Shown here: positions 11,592 to 24,124 of the stretch, one piece after another
Numbering within the stretch: the stretch's first letter is position 1
Layout of the letters: every line of letters starts with the position of its first letter
NCBI GenBank assembly: GCA_010909165.1
Contig: VJWM01000204.1
Coordinates: 186,001-250,000, forward strand
Length of the DNA: 64,000 nt
Source of the DNA: Anthoceros angustus
Lineage: Eukaryota > Plantae > Anthocerotophyta
Direction of reading: 5' to 3'
The notes under the pieces: generated by a model
Seen by the model: the letters and a program-made list of their open reading frames with translations, nothing else
What the model was told of the DNA's origin: nothing
The model's database searches: none
Translations under genes and position numbers: made by a program

Positions 11592-12210
11592 CCCACCTGT
11601 GTGCTGCAGGTCTAAGCGTACTGTTTGTAGACTTGCTCTGTACCATAGAAAGCAAACACTGAGGATGCGTAGATCCCACCAATATCAGCTTTGCTTATTA
11701 TCAGAAGATTGCTTCCTGTTCGTGTGACATGTGAGTTGTCCACGAACTCAGGTTTCTTGCTTGCTTACGTTACACATTCTTCGAGTCTGGCCAGAGAGGA
11801 AGCTCATCAGACTCCGAGGGTATGTTTACTATGTGCAAGTGAGTTGTCATTGTTCCCAACGCACGCCCCCATCCCGCTAATCGGAATGACATGGGTAGTA
11901 TACAGCCCTAAAACGCAAAATCCCACTGACTTGTCTCGCAGCTCAAATCTCGTGGGGATGATTTGTGCCGTTGGTGGAACGGATCGAGGCTCGTTGTAAT
12001 TCTGAGATTGTCCCCTGCGGGAGTTTGTGGTGACACCCGGAGAAAAATGCCGATCGAAGAAGGAGGCCACGGATGGCAAATTCTGCCACCGTGGTGGTAT
12101 TGCGGCTCTGAGTTTCGTTGTCTTGAGAAAAGCCAGCACACTTGTTTTTCCGGGGGAGGCTTGCTCAGCAGTTCTGTTATGATCTTCTCTCTCCAAATGT
12201 TGCTGTAAGC

Positions 12211-15132
12211 ATGGATATGTCCGGCAGTATGCCCATGAAGCACGTCAGGTGAATCGGACGACTACGGTGGACTGGGGTTTTTTTTTTTGTATCCTTCTGC
12301 TAACCACAAGCTGCTCCTTGTTGTTGTAAACACTTCAGGTTTGTGAGGGGCATTTCTTCGTGTAGCAGCGTTTCCAGTCTGAAAGACTTGCCTGAAGAAG
12401 TGCAACTGGACAAGGCTCTCAACATCGTGGACACACTAGGTCAGCGAGGACTTCAGGCTACCGCCCACTCCTTGTATAATCTCCTTCAAGGCTGCATCAG
12501 AAGGAAGGATCTAGCAGCAGGCCGGAGAGTGCAATCCCTTCTATTCAAACAAAAGTTTAACTCGAAGGTTCTGTATCTTGTGCCCAGTCTTATTCAACTA
12601 TTTGCTTCATGTGGCAGTTTGCCAGAAGCAGACCACGTATTCCGCCAAGTTCCACAGCCAAATACACGAACATGGCAGACCATCATTTCGGCACACTCCC
12701 GCTACGGGCAGGGTAAGGAGGCTTTAAGATTATATGAGGAGATGCAACAGGCGGGCGTGGAGCCTAATGAGTTGCTTTATGTTGCCATCCTTAATGCGTG
12801 TGCTAGTACTGGAGCTTTGCAAACTGGGAGAGCAATTCATGAGCAGATGAAAGGACGTGGGTCTGAGTTTAGCGTTCATGTCGGGAACACCCTTGTGGGC
12901 ATGTATGTGAAGTTGAACTGTTTGGATGAGGCCAGGTCAGTGTTTGATGGACTGCACACAAAGAGTATTGTTTCATGGACTACGCTGATTGGAGGATATG
13001 CTCAGCAGGGGAATGGTCAGGAAGCTCTTGCTCTCTTTTGGCAGGTGGAACAGCAAGGAATGCATGCCGACAAGGTTACATATGTAGCCATCCTCAAGGC
13101 ATGTGGAAGCATAGGTGCACTAGACCAGGGGAGGCAGGTTCATGCACAGACTATTGCGAGTGGAGTTGACATGGACTTGCATGTCCAAACCGCCCTAGTT
13201 GACATGTATGCCAAATGCAACAGTACAGATGAGGCAAGGAAGGTGTTTGACGAAATGGCTTCCAAGAGTGTTGTGGTCTGGTCTGCTATGATTGCAGGGT
13301 ATTCTGAGCATGGGAATGGTGAGGAGGCGCTTCACCTGTTCGAGCAAATGCAACAGCAGGGCATCAAGCCGAATGCCATCACATTCCTGAACATCCTCAA
13401 AGCATGTGGGACTGTTGCTGCCTTAGACAAGGGGAGGCAGATACACGCCCAGCTTGTCAAACTTGGGTTCGAACTTGATGTGGTCGTTGGAACCAGCATC
13501 ATTAACATGTATGTGAAATGTGGGAGCTTGGTGGATGCCCAGAAAGTTTTTGATAATTTGCCGGAGAAAGATGTGGTATCATGGAACAGAATGATGGCTG
13601 GCTATGCCCAGCACGGACGCTGGCAAGAAGCTCTTCAAGTACACAAGCAGATGCAAGAGCAGGGCGTGGAGCCTTCTGAAACTACATTTTTGACTCTACT
13701 CAGTGCATGTAGCAGCCTATTGGCTCTCGATCAAGGCAAACAGATTCATGCAGATATCCTGAACGCAGGCTTTCAGGTGAATGCAGTTCTGGGGACGAGT
13801 CTCATAGACATGTATGTGAAATGTGGGAGCATGGATGATGCACGAAAAGTTTTTGCCTTTCTCGATGTAAGGACTGTGGTGTCATGGACGATCATGATTG
13901 GGGGCTATGTTGCGCATGGGCACGGGCAGGAAGCTCTTCGGCTGTTTGCAGCAATGCAACGGGGGGGTGTGAAGCCAGACAAGGTCACTTTTGTAAGCGT
14001 TCTCCGAGCATGTGCTGATACTGCAGCTTTGACGGAGGGCCGGATGATTCATGCATCTGTCACTGAGAGTGGTTACCAGACAGATATCATACTTCAAAGT
14101 GCCCTTGTTGACATGTATGCCAAATGTGGAAGTATGGGCGAGGCACGGGCAGTTTTTGACTCTTCGGCAGAACGAGATGTGGTGTTCTCAAGTGCGATGA
14201 TTGGAGCATATGCTGAGCGCGGTCAGGGTCAGGAAGCCCTTCAACTCTTCCTACAAATGCAACGTGATGGGATTGAACCTAGTGCCAGTACATTTTCGAG
14301 AGTCCTGCAAGCTTGTGCCAGCATAGCAGACCTCACAGATGGTAAAGCAATCCATTCCCAACTTACAGAAACCGGCCTTGATGCAGATGGGCAAATCGGT
14401 AGCTCCCTTGTGAAAATGTACGCTAAGTGTGGGGTTGTTGATGATGCACGGAAAGTGTTCGACACCGTCTTGAGCCCGAGCCGTGATGTAGTGCTGTGGA
14501 ACACTATGATCGCAGCATATGCTCAGCATGGGCGTGCACCAGAGGCTCTCCAACTTTTCCAGCAAATGCAACAGGAGGGTCTAAAGCCCAGCAGTGTGAC
14601 TTTCATCAGCGTACTAACTGCTTGCAGCTACGCAGGCATGCTGGACGAAGGCTCTAGGATCTTCCAAATGATGTCCGACGAGTTCGGCATCATCCCAGCA
14701 ACAGAACACTACGCATGCATGGTGGACATTCTCTGCCGTGCTGGGCATCTGTACGAAGCAAAGGACTTCATCAGCAACATGCCAGTAGAACCTGATGCAG
14801 TGCTGTGGAAGACTGTTCTCACTGGATGCAGAAGTCAGGGCAACGTGGAGCTTGGAAGGCTATGCTTCGATGCTGTCATGAGATTAGATCCCGTTAACTC
14901 TGCTGCATTTATTCTCATGTCAAACATCTACGCTGATGCCGGAAGAAAGGAGGACGAAGCACATATTAGGAAGCGGATGACGGATGCAGGTATCAGAAAG
15001 GAACCAGGACGGACTTGGATTGACATGGACAAAGGTGTCCACACTTTCGTAGCAGAAGACACAAATCATCCCCAAAGAAAGCTCATATATGAGACGTTGA
15101 AAGCCTTGGTACACGTTGGTGAGCCAGGTTGA
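12211..15132 (+). CDS. PLS-class PPR protein ending in E/E+ (no DYW), probable organellar RNA-editing specificity factor; exons 12211-12248, 12339-15132
   Basis: More than 20 P-L-S motifs (LIDMYVKCGS..ARKVFD; VVSWT.MIGGY), E domain HYACMVDILCRAG and E+ KEPGRTWI..VHTFVAEDTNHPQ, then a stop. An in-phase intron 12249-12338 supplies an ATG (MDMSGSMPMKHVRFVRGISS). Confidence 0.93.
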
Positions 15133-15346
15133 TAGTGGGTTGTTCTAAACTATAACCTCATCAGCCAGTGTGCGTTGTCTAAGTGGCAGGATATCAACGG
15201 CACACGTGTCTTGGAAAGATGTCTCCAAATGGCAAAGGGGAAGAGGGAGCTGTGCTCAGTTCCTGAGCTAGGAGAACTCCCCTGCAACAAACGTGTGCTT
15301 CCTGCTCAGCGGTTCTATCAGGAGCGTTCTTGGCACTCGGGACGAG

Positions 15347-16519
15347 ATGGTTCAGGCCAGAGCTATCCTGTGCTTCAGTCTAGGTGCAATCTTGTGGGTT
15401 GAAGTTTGCTGGGCTGCCAGGCCTGGTCCAGCAGGAAGGAACGACACTGCGGGCCTAGCTACAGTCCGCCTGGAACCTCACTACGAGGTCAGGCAGGGAG
15501 TGGAAGTCATCTGGCAGATCCCTCCTAACGTGCGTAGTATTCTTTTCATCGCCCATGGCGTGGGATTCTTTCCCAACAATTTCTGGGACCCCTCGCCTGC
15601 CTGTCCGGTCTGCACAGGCCTGCCGGAAGAGCGCGCCATCACGCTGGCTGCCTTGAGCCGAGGATACGCTGTGATCTCGGTGTCGAGCTTGGGTGAGACG
15701 TGGATGGACTGGCCCCTGCGGACGAATCGAGATTTCTACAATGTGCTCAATATTCTGTCCACTTGGATAGACCAGTTCGGATTAGCGGGCTTGCCTATCA
15801 CTGGTCTGGGGATCTCCGACGGTGGAACATTTCTGTCCATTTTGGCGCTTGAAGTGGACGAATTCGAGTCCATTGTGCTCATGATCTCGTCTGCCAACGA
15901 CGATGCCATCGATTTCGCTGCTCAGGAAGGAGACTACCCGCCCACGCTCTTCATCCAGGTATACACCCACCGTTGTACACCCGTTCTTGGTGTGCTTGGG
16001 GGCACATTGTGCGAGTCTTGTTCTTGATTTCTAACTTTTCTTGAGGTCACGCAGATGCCGAATGACGAGAGCTCCAGGATGAGCATTGCAGAAAACATGC
16101 GAAAGATGTCCGAGGCAGGCATCGTTACAGCAGACATAAAGTGCTCATCTTTCCCTGTCTACGATTCCTACTTCACTGAGAGGATCCCAGGGCTGGATCT
16201 TGACACATCCATCAGAATATTAGAGTCTTTGAAGGCTCACGACTACCTCGACTTCAAGGGGTACATAGTAAGGCCCAATCCTGCTGGTACGGACTGGGAC
16301 GTGTACGAGGACTGGGATTGGGTGGAGGTGGTGCACAAGCTGGGAGTGCTTCCAGTTGAGGGTAATGGTACTGTCAAGTGGGAACAAGCTGTCAGAGAAG
16401 AGCTCAGTCTGGCCTACGCTTTTCACTGTCCAACCAGCCTGAGGAGCACAGAGATGTTAGACTGGCTTGATGGAACAACATGGCCAAAGAAGCCCAACTC
16501 ACTCATTGCGGCCATCTAA
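15347..16519 (+). CDS. Secreted alpha/beta-hydrolase-fold-like conserved plant protein; exons 15347-15958, 16055-16519
   Basis: Signal peptide MVQARAILCFSLGAILWVEVCWA; ILFIAHG, CPVCTGLPEE, nucleophile-elbow-like GISDGG and C-terminal LAYAFH. Confidence 0.78.
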
Positions 16520-16798
16520 CTCTGGCTCACAAAACTGATATCAGCACAGGCTTTTTGCACCGGAGGCAAGTGGCAAGTCCCTTGCTAGGTCCTGCTTGGC
16601 AGCACACTTGGAAGAAGGAAACTACAAGCTGCCTTTCCTTGCCCGGAGCAAGCTGCCTTCTGCAAAAGGGTAGAAGGCCACGACGATGTCTTTTAAGACG
16701 ACTCTGAGGTGTGCATTTGTGCTTAGTACCCTGTACCATACACTTGTTAGCTACATACATGTTTCGGGAAGAATTGAGGATGATTGGCGTGTAGGGTC

Positions 16799-19700
16799 TT
16801 AGAAAACCAGATCATTGAAGTGCAGCGTTTCTTCTGGTTCCCTGTCTGAATCAGAGTCGGTCAGGAAATCACCTGGTTTCTGGACTGGCTGAGAAGTAAA
16901 CGAATTCTTACGATTGGGTTTGTGAGATTCTTCAAAGCTCGGCAGGTTTGCTGCTTGGCTTGTTGAGCTTACGGCTGCCATTTCTACCTCACTGTCGCCA
17001 TTGGGGATAGTTATTGAAGGTCTGCTGCGCACCTGCGGCGCAGCTTGCATCTCGTGAGAGTTCCGCTCCATTTCTCGACTTGCCCTTCTTCTCTCTACGT
17101 CCTTTCTCATTTCCTCATCTCTCTCATCTTCCAGCTGCTTCCAACTTAAACGTCGTTGTACTTCGTTTTCCAAGGACTGCTTCTTCCTGTCCACTGTAGC
17201 CCTCACCTCCTTATCCCTCTCCGCTTGCTCGTGCTCCCAAGTTTTCAGTGGCCTCCGTATCACCTGCCCTTCCTGCTGTTGAGCGTGTGTATTCCCTTTG
17301 TATCGTTGCAACTCCAGCTCCTTTGTGGCGTGCTCATCTCTCTGTCGTTCTTGTCCAAGTTTCTCTTCACGCTGCTCCCTGGCTTCATCGTCCCGCCGTC
17401 TCTGTTCACTCTCTCTTCTCAGCCTTTGAGCCTCAGAATCTCTCCTTCTTTGTTCTTCTTGGTCTTTTCGTTTCTGTTCCTCAACTACAATGCTATGCAG
17501 GACTCAAGTAAGAACACATCTACCTTCACAAAACTGAGTGGGAACTTGGACAGTCGTCTTACCTGCTCTTTTCTTTTCCATTCCGGAGACCTTGAGTCTT
17601 TGAGCAGCAGCAGTTGTGGCTTTGGTGATAGCACCAGCGATGGTCTCGGTACTTTCGGAGAGTACCGGCTTCATCTCCATAGCAGAAGGTGGGGCAGGCT
17701 TGGAAAGTGAAGGTGGCCTAGGTGTTATGGGGATGACGTCGTAGTCACTTTGTTGTCCAAGATATGACTGTCGCCATCGTGGCCTACTCTGGACATATTG
17801 CTCGGTATGGTCTTCAAGCTGATCCTCTTGATGAACATCTGTGAAGCAAACGTTGGTTGCTCAGGATTGCAGGGCCATTAGCCTACTATTGAACTCAGAG
17901 GAGCAGCACTGTATCTCACCCATGCCTGGGGGCGGCGGCATATGGCCTGAGGGCCCAACAAGTCCAGCAGGAGGACCTGGCTGGAGCTGAACTATGGCTG
18001 TCTGGTGCTTGATCAGCAAGTATGTACATGTCCCCAAAGCTCCCAAAAGAATTACGACCATGCCAGTGGTAAGGCCACTTTCAGGTCGTTTGAACTGCCG
18101 ATTGAACTGCACCATAACAGACATGTTGGGGACACGCAGACAACCACCTAAAACAGAAGATTGCCAACCCGTGAGGCATTCGGAGCAGTCTCGACCAGCA
18201 TACCCTACAAGCAGCACTCCCACATGTTAGAGTCAGTCTATCGGGAGTTCGTAACAGACCGACTGGTGTTGGCGACTGGAAACCCTGGCTTACCAAGGAA
18301 GCAGTCACACTGTCCAGTGGTGTCCATGCAAATGCCTTGCCCTGAACACGTTACATTAGCTCCTGATCCAGGCCTCGTGGCACAAGGGGTCGATACGTAA
18401 GGGCAATCTTGTAGGCAACAAGATGGACTGACTTCTGTGTCTGCACTTTGTCCTGTTACTGTACACCTTTCTCCAATTTCACACAATCCATTGCCACAGA
18501 CTCCAAGTCTTGTCACGTTTGAAACAGACAAAATTTCTGCTCCCGGAAGAATCTGGTTTGCAGCAAATTTGCTATCAAGAGAATCCCAGAGACGATTATC
18601 TTCAAGGGGGTGGAGACTGAAGACATGAAACAACGAGATGGAGGCACCTGATCTTCTTCATCTGATCCCGTACTCGATATCGCTACAAGGTGTGGCACAA
18701 TGTCTGCTTTCCTGATAAGGGGTCTGGAGCTCGTATTCCGCTGTGCCCAAAGTGCATCATCAAGATGAATGTTAGGAGATCTTCAGTTCAGGTACTGCGA
18801 GCTGTGGAAAGTGGAGGTGACAAATAAGCCAACCTCACGATCATCCTCTATCTAAACCTGATAGCAAGTCTGAGCCACAACAGAATTGAAATGATCAAGG
18901 AAAGAGCCTTGCCCAAAAGATCGTACAGCAATAGGAAGAATGTTGAGGACGAATGTCGCGATCCCTGTGAAGATTCCAGCTTGCCCACAGTTTATAGGAT
19001 CGACGTTGCAGTCAGCATTGAGGTTCTGCACTTGCATGTTACTAACAGTGACCGCACTCATCACAAGATTCAGATCAGAGCCCACCTGCAGTACAGTAGA
19101 GGCACGTCAAGCCATTTCCTGTCTTCTTGCCTTGAATCTACAGCAAGGAGATCGTCAACAACGAGTCTTACACTGTTCATCATCTTAGAGGTGAATCCTT
19201 GCCAGCTCTTAAAATCCATCGTCAACGTAGTTGTGAAACCCAATGTAAGTGTGAATGACGCTCCGCAGCTCAAACCGTCTCCATCACAAACATAGCACTC
19301 ATCAAGCAGTCCACTATTGCAGCAGACGCCTTTTTCATCTCTGACCGTGCTGCAGCATTGCAGCAAAGAATCCACAAATCTACCAAGCACGAGGGACATG
19401 TGATCAAGAAACAGCATAACATTCTTGCACTGAAGGGAGCAGACCAAAGTCTGTGCACACTTGGCTTTCCAAGAAATGGTACTTACATGCCTGTGCCATC
19501 GCAGATGCCACATGCATCACGAGACCCGCTTTCGCAGCATTTTCCATTCTGTGGTACAGATGCGTATGACGTCAGAATGCTAGAAGCAAGGTTTAGGACT
19601 CCCCAGTGAAAAGCAATCTGGGTTTTTCAGTGTTACCTTGTCCAACACTGCAGATGCACCTTGACAGCAGCTGAAAGTGGCATCTATTGTTGCACAGCAG

Positions 19701-21540
19701 TTCACGTGTCCAGATGATGTGAAGCCCATCACTCCCAAATACAGTTCACAGAAGTCAGACTTTTCACAGTACCTTCCCTTCCATTCATCAGCACACAGAC
19801 ACCGATTCCCATCCTGACTGACAAGAAAAAGTCACATGGTCAACAACTATTGTATGGCAGCCAGCAAACTTCGAGAGAAGGAACAAGTTTCCGGGCAGGC
19901 TTACCGGACAATAACCATTTCCAGAGCAGTTGTTGAATGCACAGTTACTGCAGTTTAAAAGGGCTGCAGGGCATGGACTGGTGGTCGCGGGTCGGGGAGC
20001 AGCAGGGCAGTTAACATCTGGTGCCACTTTGCCCTTGTCATCTACGCACTGAAATACTGGCGTCAGTGGTTCTAATAAATGCTTATGATGGATCCCGATT
20101 ACACAACTTGTGGAAAATAGCTTTCTGTCTAACCCGGACAGGTTACATTCTGATTTGTTCAAGACAAAGAGGGCGTACCTGTACTAATCTCGAGGAATTG
20201 GATCCGCAAACAGAGGAGCAGTTCGTCCAAGCGCCTGCTAGCCATGTATACGGATGGCAAGGCTGCCAAACACGACAGGACCAAATTTGGTCTACATTCA
20301 CGCAAAAGGACGGCGGTAGCAGACGAGAGACGGAATGCCAACTAGAAGAGCATTGATGAGCACCTGAGAGTTGCAAATTCGTTGAGAAGGAATTCGATCG
20401 CGAGCGAAGCAGGAGCTGTCGCTCACCGCAGATCCATCCACAAGACAATGCACTTGCCTTGTCATAACCCCACCATCACAACGCTTGCTGCAATGGCTCC
20501 AGTCAGATCCATGCCATTTGGGTTTGGAGCAATGATCCATGTTGCAGTACTGGAATTCCGAAACAGTATCTTCGCCACCGCAGTAGGCTGGATCAGCCGT
20601 GTTGCCAAGGCTGTCTATGCAAACAACCTCCCTGTCGAGCAATATCCATACATTTGTCATGGTCTTGCATCCATTGGACAGCTCGGTCTTGCAGCTAGCG
20701 CGGCAGTTGAAAGACCTAGTTTTATTGCACATACAGCTTTCCTACCGGGTCTGAGAGCCGACGTCGCAAGGCTGAGTGCATTCTCCCCACTGGCCTTCAT
20801 ACCACTCATGTTCCGGACAGGGAACTCGGTTGCAGGGCTGCAAGAGGAGAGACTTTTGTGTCACGTTGGGTCTGGTCAGGAGCACTTGGATTTATGGGAA
20901 AGTTAGTGATTGAGCCCAATTGTCACCTGATTCAGTTGAATGAGAGGTAAAAGTGCGCAGTTGGAGGCATCCACTTTCAGAAAGCCGGTTGAGTAGCAGT
21001 CAATCATCGCTCTCTGCACAATGTTCCTGGAAGCATCAGCGCATACCAAAAGGTGGGGCAACGATATTGAAAAACAAGGTGAGCAGAGACGTCTGACCTG
21101 AGTTCCATTGCTGCCACATTTCTGACTGCACGGTCCCCAGGCCGAGGGAGCCCAAAAGGGACCCCAGGGTCTGCTAAACTTGCCGATGGGCGGCACTGGT
21201 GCACTGCAGGGTAGTGCCTCCCATAGAGTGCAGGAACTGCCACTGGAGTTGGTTGCGTTGAGCACTCCGGGCCTGGTGCTGGCGGCGATGCCAAAGTCGA
21301 AGCTCTCGGAATCCGCAGCTGGGCCTGATTAGTGCATCCATGGCAGACCGGTGCATTGCCAAGTTAGCACTAGTTCAGAACATGTGCCTGAGGCGTGGCG
21401 GAAACCCTAGCTGCTCCATGCACCTACCAACCTTGCAGGAACTGGACGGAGGCCACAGCCACACCACAGGTGATCAGATGGAAGCCATGGAGGAATGCTT
21501 GGAGCAGAATCCAGATCTGCAGCAGGACAACGCTGCGCAT
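16799..21540 (-). CDS. Multi-exon type-I membrane protein: signal peptide, 4 ADAMTS-type TSP1 repeats, EGF-like and Cys-rich modules, TM helix, charged cytoplasmic tail
   Basis: ATG at 21540 (MRSVVLLQIWILLQAFLHGFHLITCG). TSP1 repeats WAPSAWGPCSQKCG, WYEGQWGECTQPCDVGSQTR, WHGSDWSHCSKRCDGGVMTRQVHC and WLAGAWTNCSSVCG. EGF-like CSGNGYC and CSGQGICMDTTGQCDCFLGYAGRDC. CC..G..D.CG.CDG repeats. TM GMVVILLGALGTCTYLLI. Stop at 16799. Confidence 0.82.
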
Positions 21541-22129
21541 GCTGATGGTAGGCACGCCCGTCAGGACCGCTCAAGGGACCGTGGGAAGCCAACACTTGGA
21601 GATCGCCATCGCGCCTGCAGGCATTTATACGGCACGGCATCCCGAGCCAGCGCAGTGAAGGTATGAACCAGGCTAGACGTACTCCTCCGCCACAACACCA
21701 CGCCAGGGAACGCAGGAGCCGCTTTAGCTCTGCCACAGCTTGACGGCAGGTAAGGTCGTTACGCCCTATGGTAGTGTCCCACTTCACATGACGCGTCCCG
21801 ACTCCCGCACGTGTCCATTTCCCGCCACCACGCTTAACGGTCTGTGAAACGCTCGAAACGCTCGCTCACTGGCTTGCTTCTTCCCCGTCCTTGGCCGGCC
21901 ATGTCTTGGTCTTGTTGGGAGGAAGTTGAGATCCTGTCCTTGCTCCGCAATCAAAAACCAGAAAACCTGTCCGCCTGCAAGTGCATGCAAGCAATCACCA
22001 TCGCACCGTGCTTGCAATCTTCCAAGACTCTTCCTTCCAGTCGAATTGCACCTGTAGCTGGAGTCTATCAGAGCACGCAGCATGGATTAGAGCTTTGAAG
22101 TGGCCCCGGGGAGAGCACAGCTCCACGGC

Positions 22130-23949
22130 ATGGGGAGCGTGCCGAAGAATGTGAAGGGAAGTGTAGAGTACGTCTGCGGGCTGCTGGCTTCCCTGGGAAT
22201 CGCGGACCTGACTCCCGAGATCATGCGGCAGGCCAAATTCAACTCCAGCGCGGTGGCGGAGTGCCTGCTGCGGGCCATGCACGATCTTATCATCCTCCAG
22301 CTCTCGCAGTTCCCGTCCAAGGTACCAGTGCCGGTGGCTCCCGCTGTTGCCCTAGCTCCAGCTTCGGGCGCTGGGAGGAAGAAGCCGAGCTCCAGGAGCA
22401 GAGGGCCGGGGCCTGGGAGCGGAGGATCCGGGGTAGGAGACGCCAGCAGCGGAGTCGTCAGAGAGACGGAGGTGAAGGCAGCAAGAGCGGTGCTGGACGA
22501 GCTATGGCGGACAGTGGGGAGCCAGGACGGGCCTCCAGACGAGGCCTTGGCGTTTGTGAAGTTCTACCTGGCGGTCTGGGGCTTCCCCCCGCATTCTCCC
22601 ATCTTCACGCTCTCCTTCCCGGCGCAGGAGAGCAGGCACCTGCTGTTGGCGTTGGGATGGCTCGTGTCGCACTGCCGGGCGCTGGAGCGGGGGTTCCAGG
22701 TCCGGATCGAGCCTCTCCTGGCGGCGAGAGCGCTGGCGCCGCTCCCTTCCTACCCCCCGGACGTGGGCTTCACTCCCGAGGCCAGGGCAAAGGGCGAGGA
22801 GGCCAAGGCCAGGGCGGAGGAGCATGTTGCCCGGGTGCTGGCGTCCTTGAACGGGGTCACGGACATCTGCAAGAGAGCAGATGCGCGGGCGCATCAGGCG
22901 CTCATGCTCTACGGAAAGGTGCAGGCCACGTTCAAGTCTCTCTACTCCCTGAGGTGCTGCAAAGCGCGGCGGATGCATGAGCTGAACCTGGCGCAGATCG
23001 AGGCCGGGATCGAGAACACGGACATGATGCTCTTCTCGCAGTATGAGATTTACCTGCTGCAGAACAAGGAGGCGCTGGAGCTGCACATCGGGGCGCTGGA
23101 GGCGGAGAAGAAGATCTCGGAGGAGGTGCAGGAGTACGAGAGGCATGAAGAGTTGTTTTGGGAGTGGATGGAGAGCGTGGTTCTGGAGGCTCAGAAGGAG
23201 GAGTCATTGCAGGAACAGGGTCTTGCCGATGGAAATGGATCAGAGGCGGATTTTGATGTCCGGGGGGTGTCTCCGCAGGAGATGGAGCCGCTCATCCAGT
23301 TTCTGCAGCAAGAGCTGGGTGCGCAAGGTGGTGAGGGTCATACTCCGAGTGTGAGTGTTCCTGAGGGCATACACTTGCTGCCTCCTGACATAGCACAGCG
23401 GTTGAAGGAGAATAGCGAGTCATGTCCTCCGCATGAAGACGCGGCTGACGAGCCCGGGTGTGGGGACGGCCATGAATTGTCCAGGGTTGCATCGCTTGGG
23501 CTTGCGGAGATGCCGTCGTACGTCTACAATCCGGGAAAAATGCAAGGCAGGTCGGATTCAAAAGATCCCGGCCAGTACACTGCAGCTTCGGACAAAATCG
23601 AAGAGTAATGTCGCCCACCGAGATTCAAAAGTTTCCTGTGCGTTTCCTTGCTGTTCAGCTACCCAGTCCTGCTCCACTGACCGGGTACTCGTTGCAGGCT
23701 GACAAACCTTGCTGTAACCCTGGCAAGAGTGCTAGCACGAGTGCGGGCCAGAAACAGGTGAGCTGTTCAAGTCCTTAGTGATGTTCTGCATGTGTCATAT
23801 GTTTAAGTCCTTAGAGTATCTAGCTTGACATGTTTGGAAAATCTGAGTGTGGTAACCCGATCTGGAACCCTCGGGATCCCAGGGCTGTGATTCAGGACAT
23901 CCTCCACCCGCTGATGGAAGACGATAATTATCTGATAGTTGGTCTCTAA
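22130..23949 (+). CDS. TEDC1: Tubulin epsilon and delta complex protein 1-like (centriole triplet microtubules); exons 22130-23604, 23698-23757, 23883-23949
   Basis: TPEIMRQAKFN, SRHLLLALGWL and HEELFWEWMESV correspond to the recalled TEDC1/C14orf80 motifs PEIFRRAKFD, SRELLLALSWL and FWRWM. Two in-phase GT-AG introns lead to TAA at 23949. Confidence 0.78.
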
Positions 23950-24124
23950 GAGCCTCACAACAGGGAGAGAGAACTGCCTCATGCTACAGACAATTTGCTC
24001 TTCTCATGATGTCCGCCTGAACCTCAACACTCACCTTGGAAGTTTACTGAGGAGAAACACCTCTTCAGAGTATGTTGTGAAGATCAGCCTCAGCAAACTT
24101 GCAAGCTGATGTGAGCGCTGAAAA

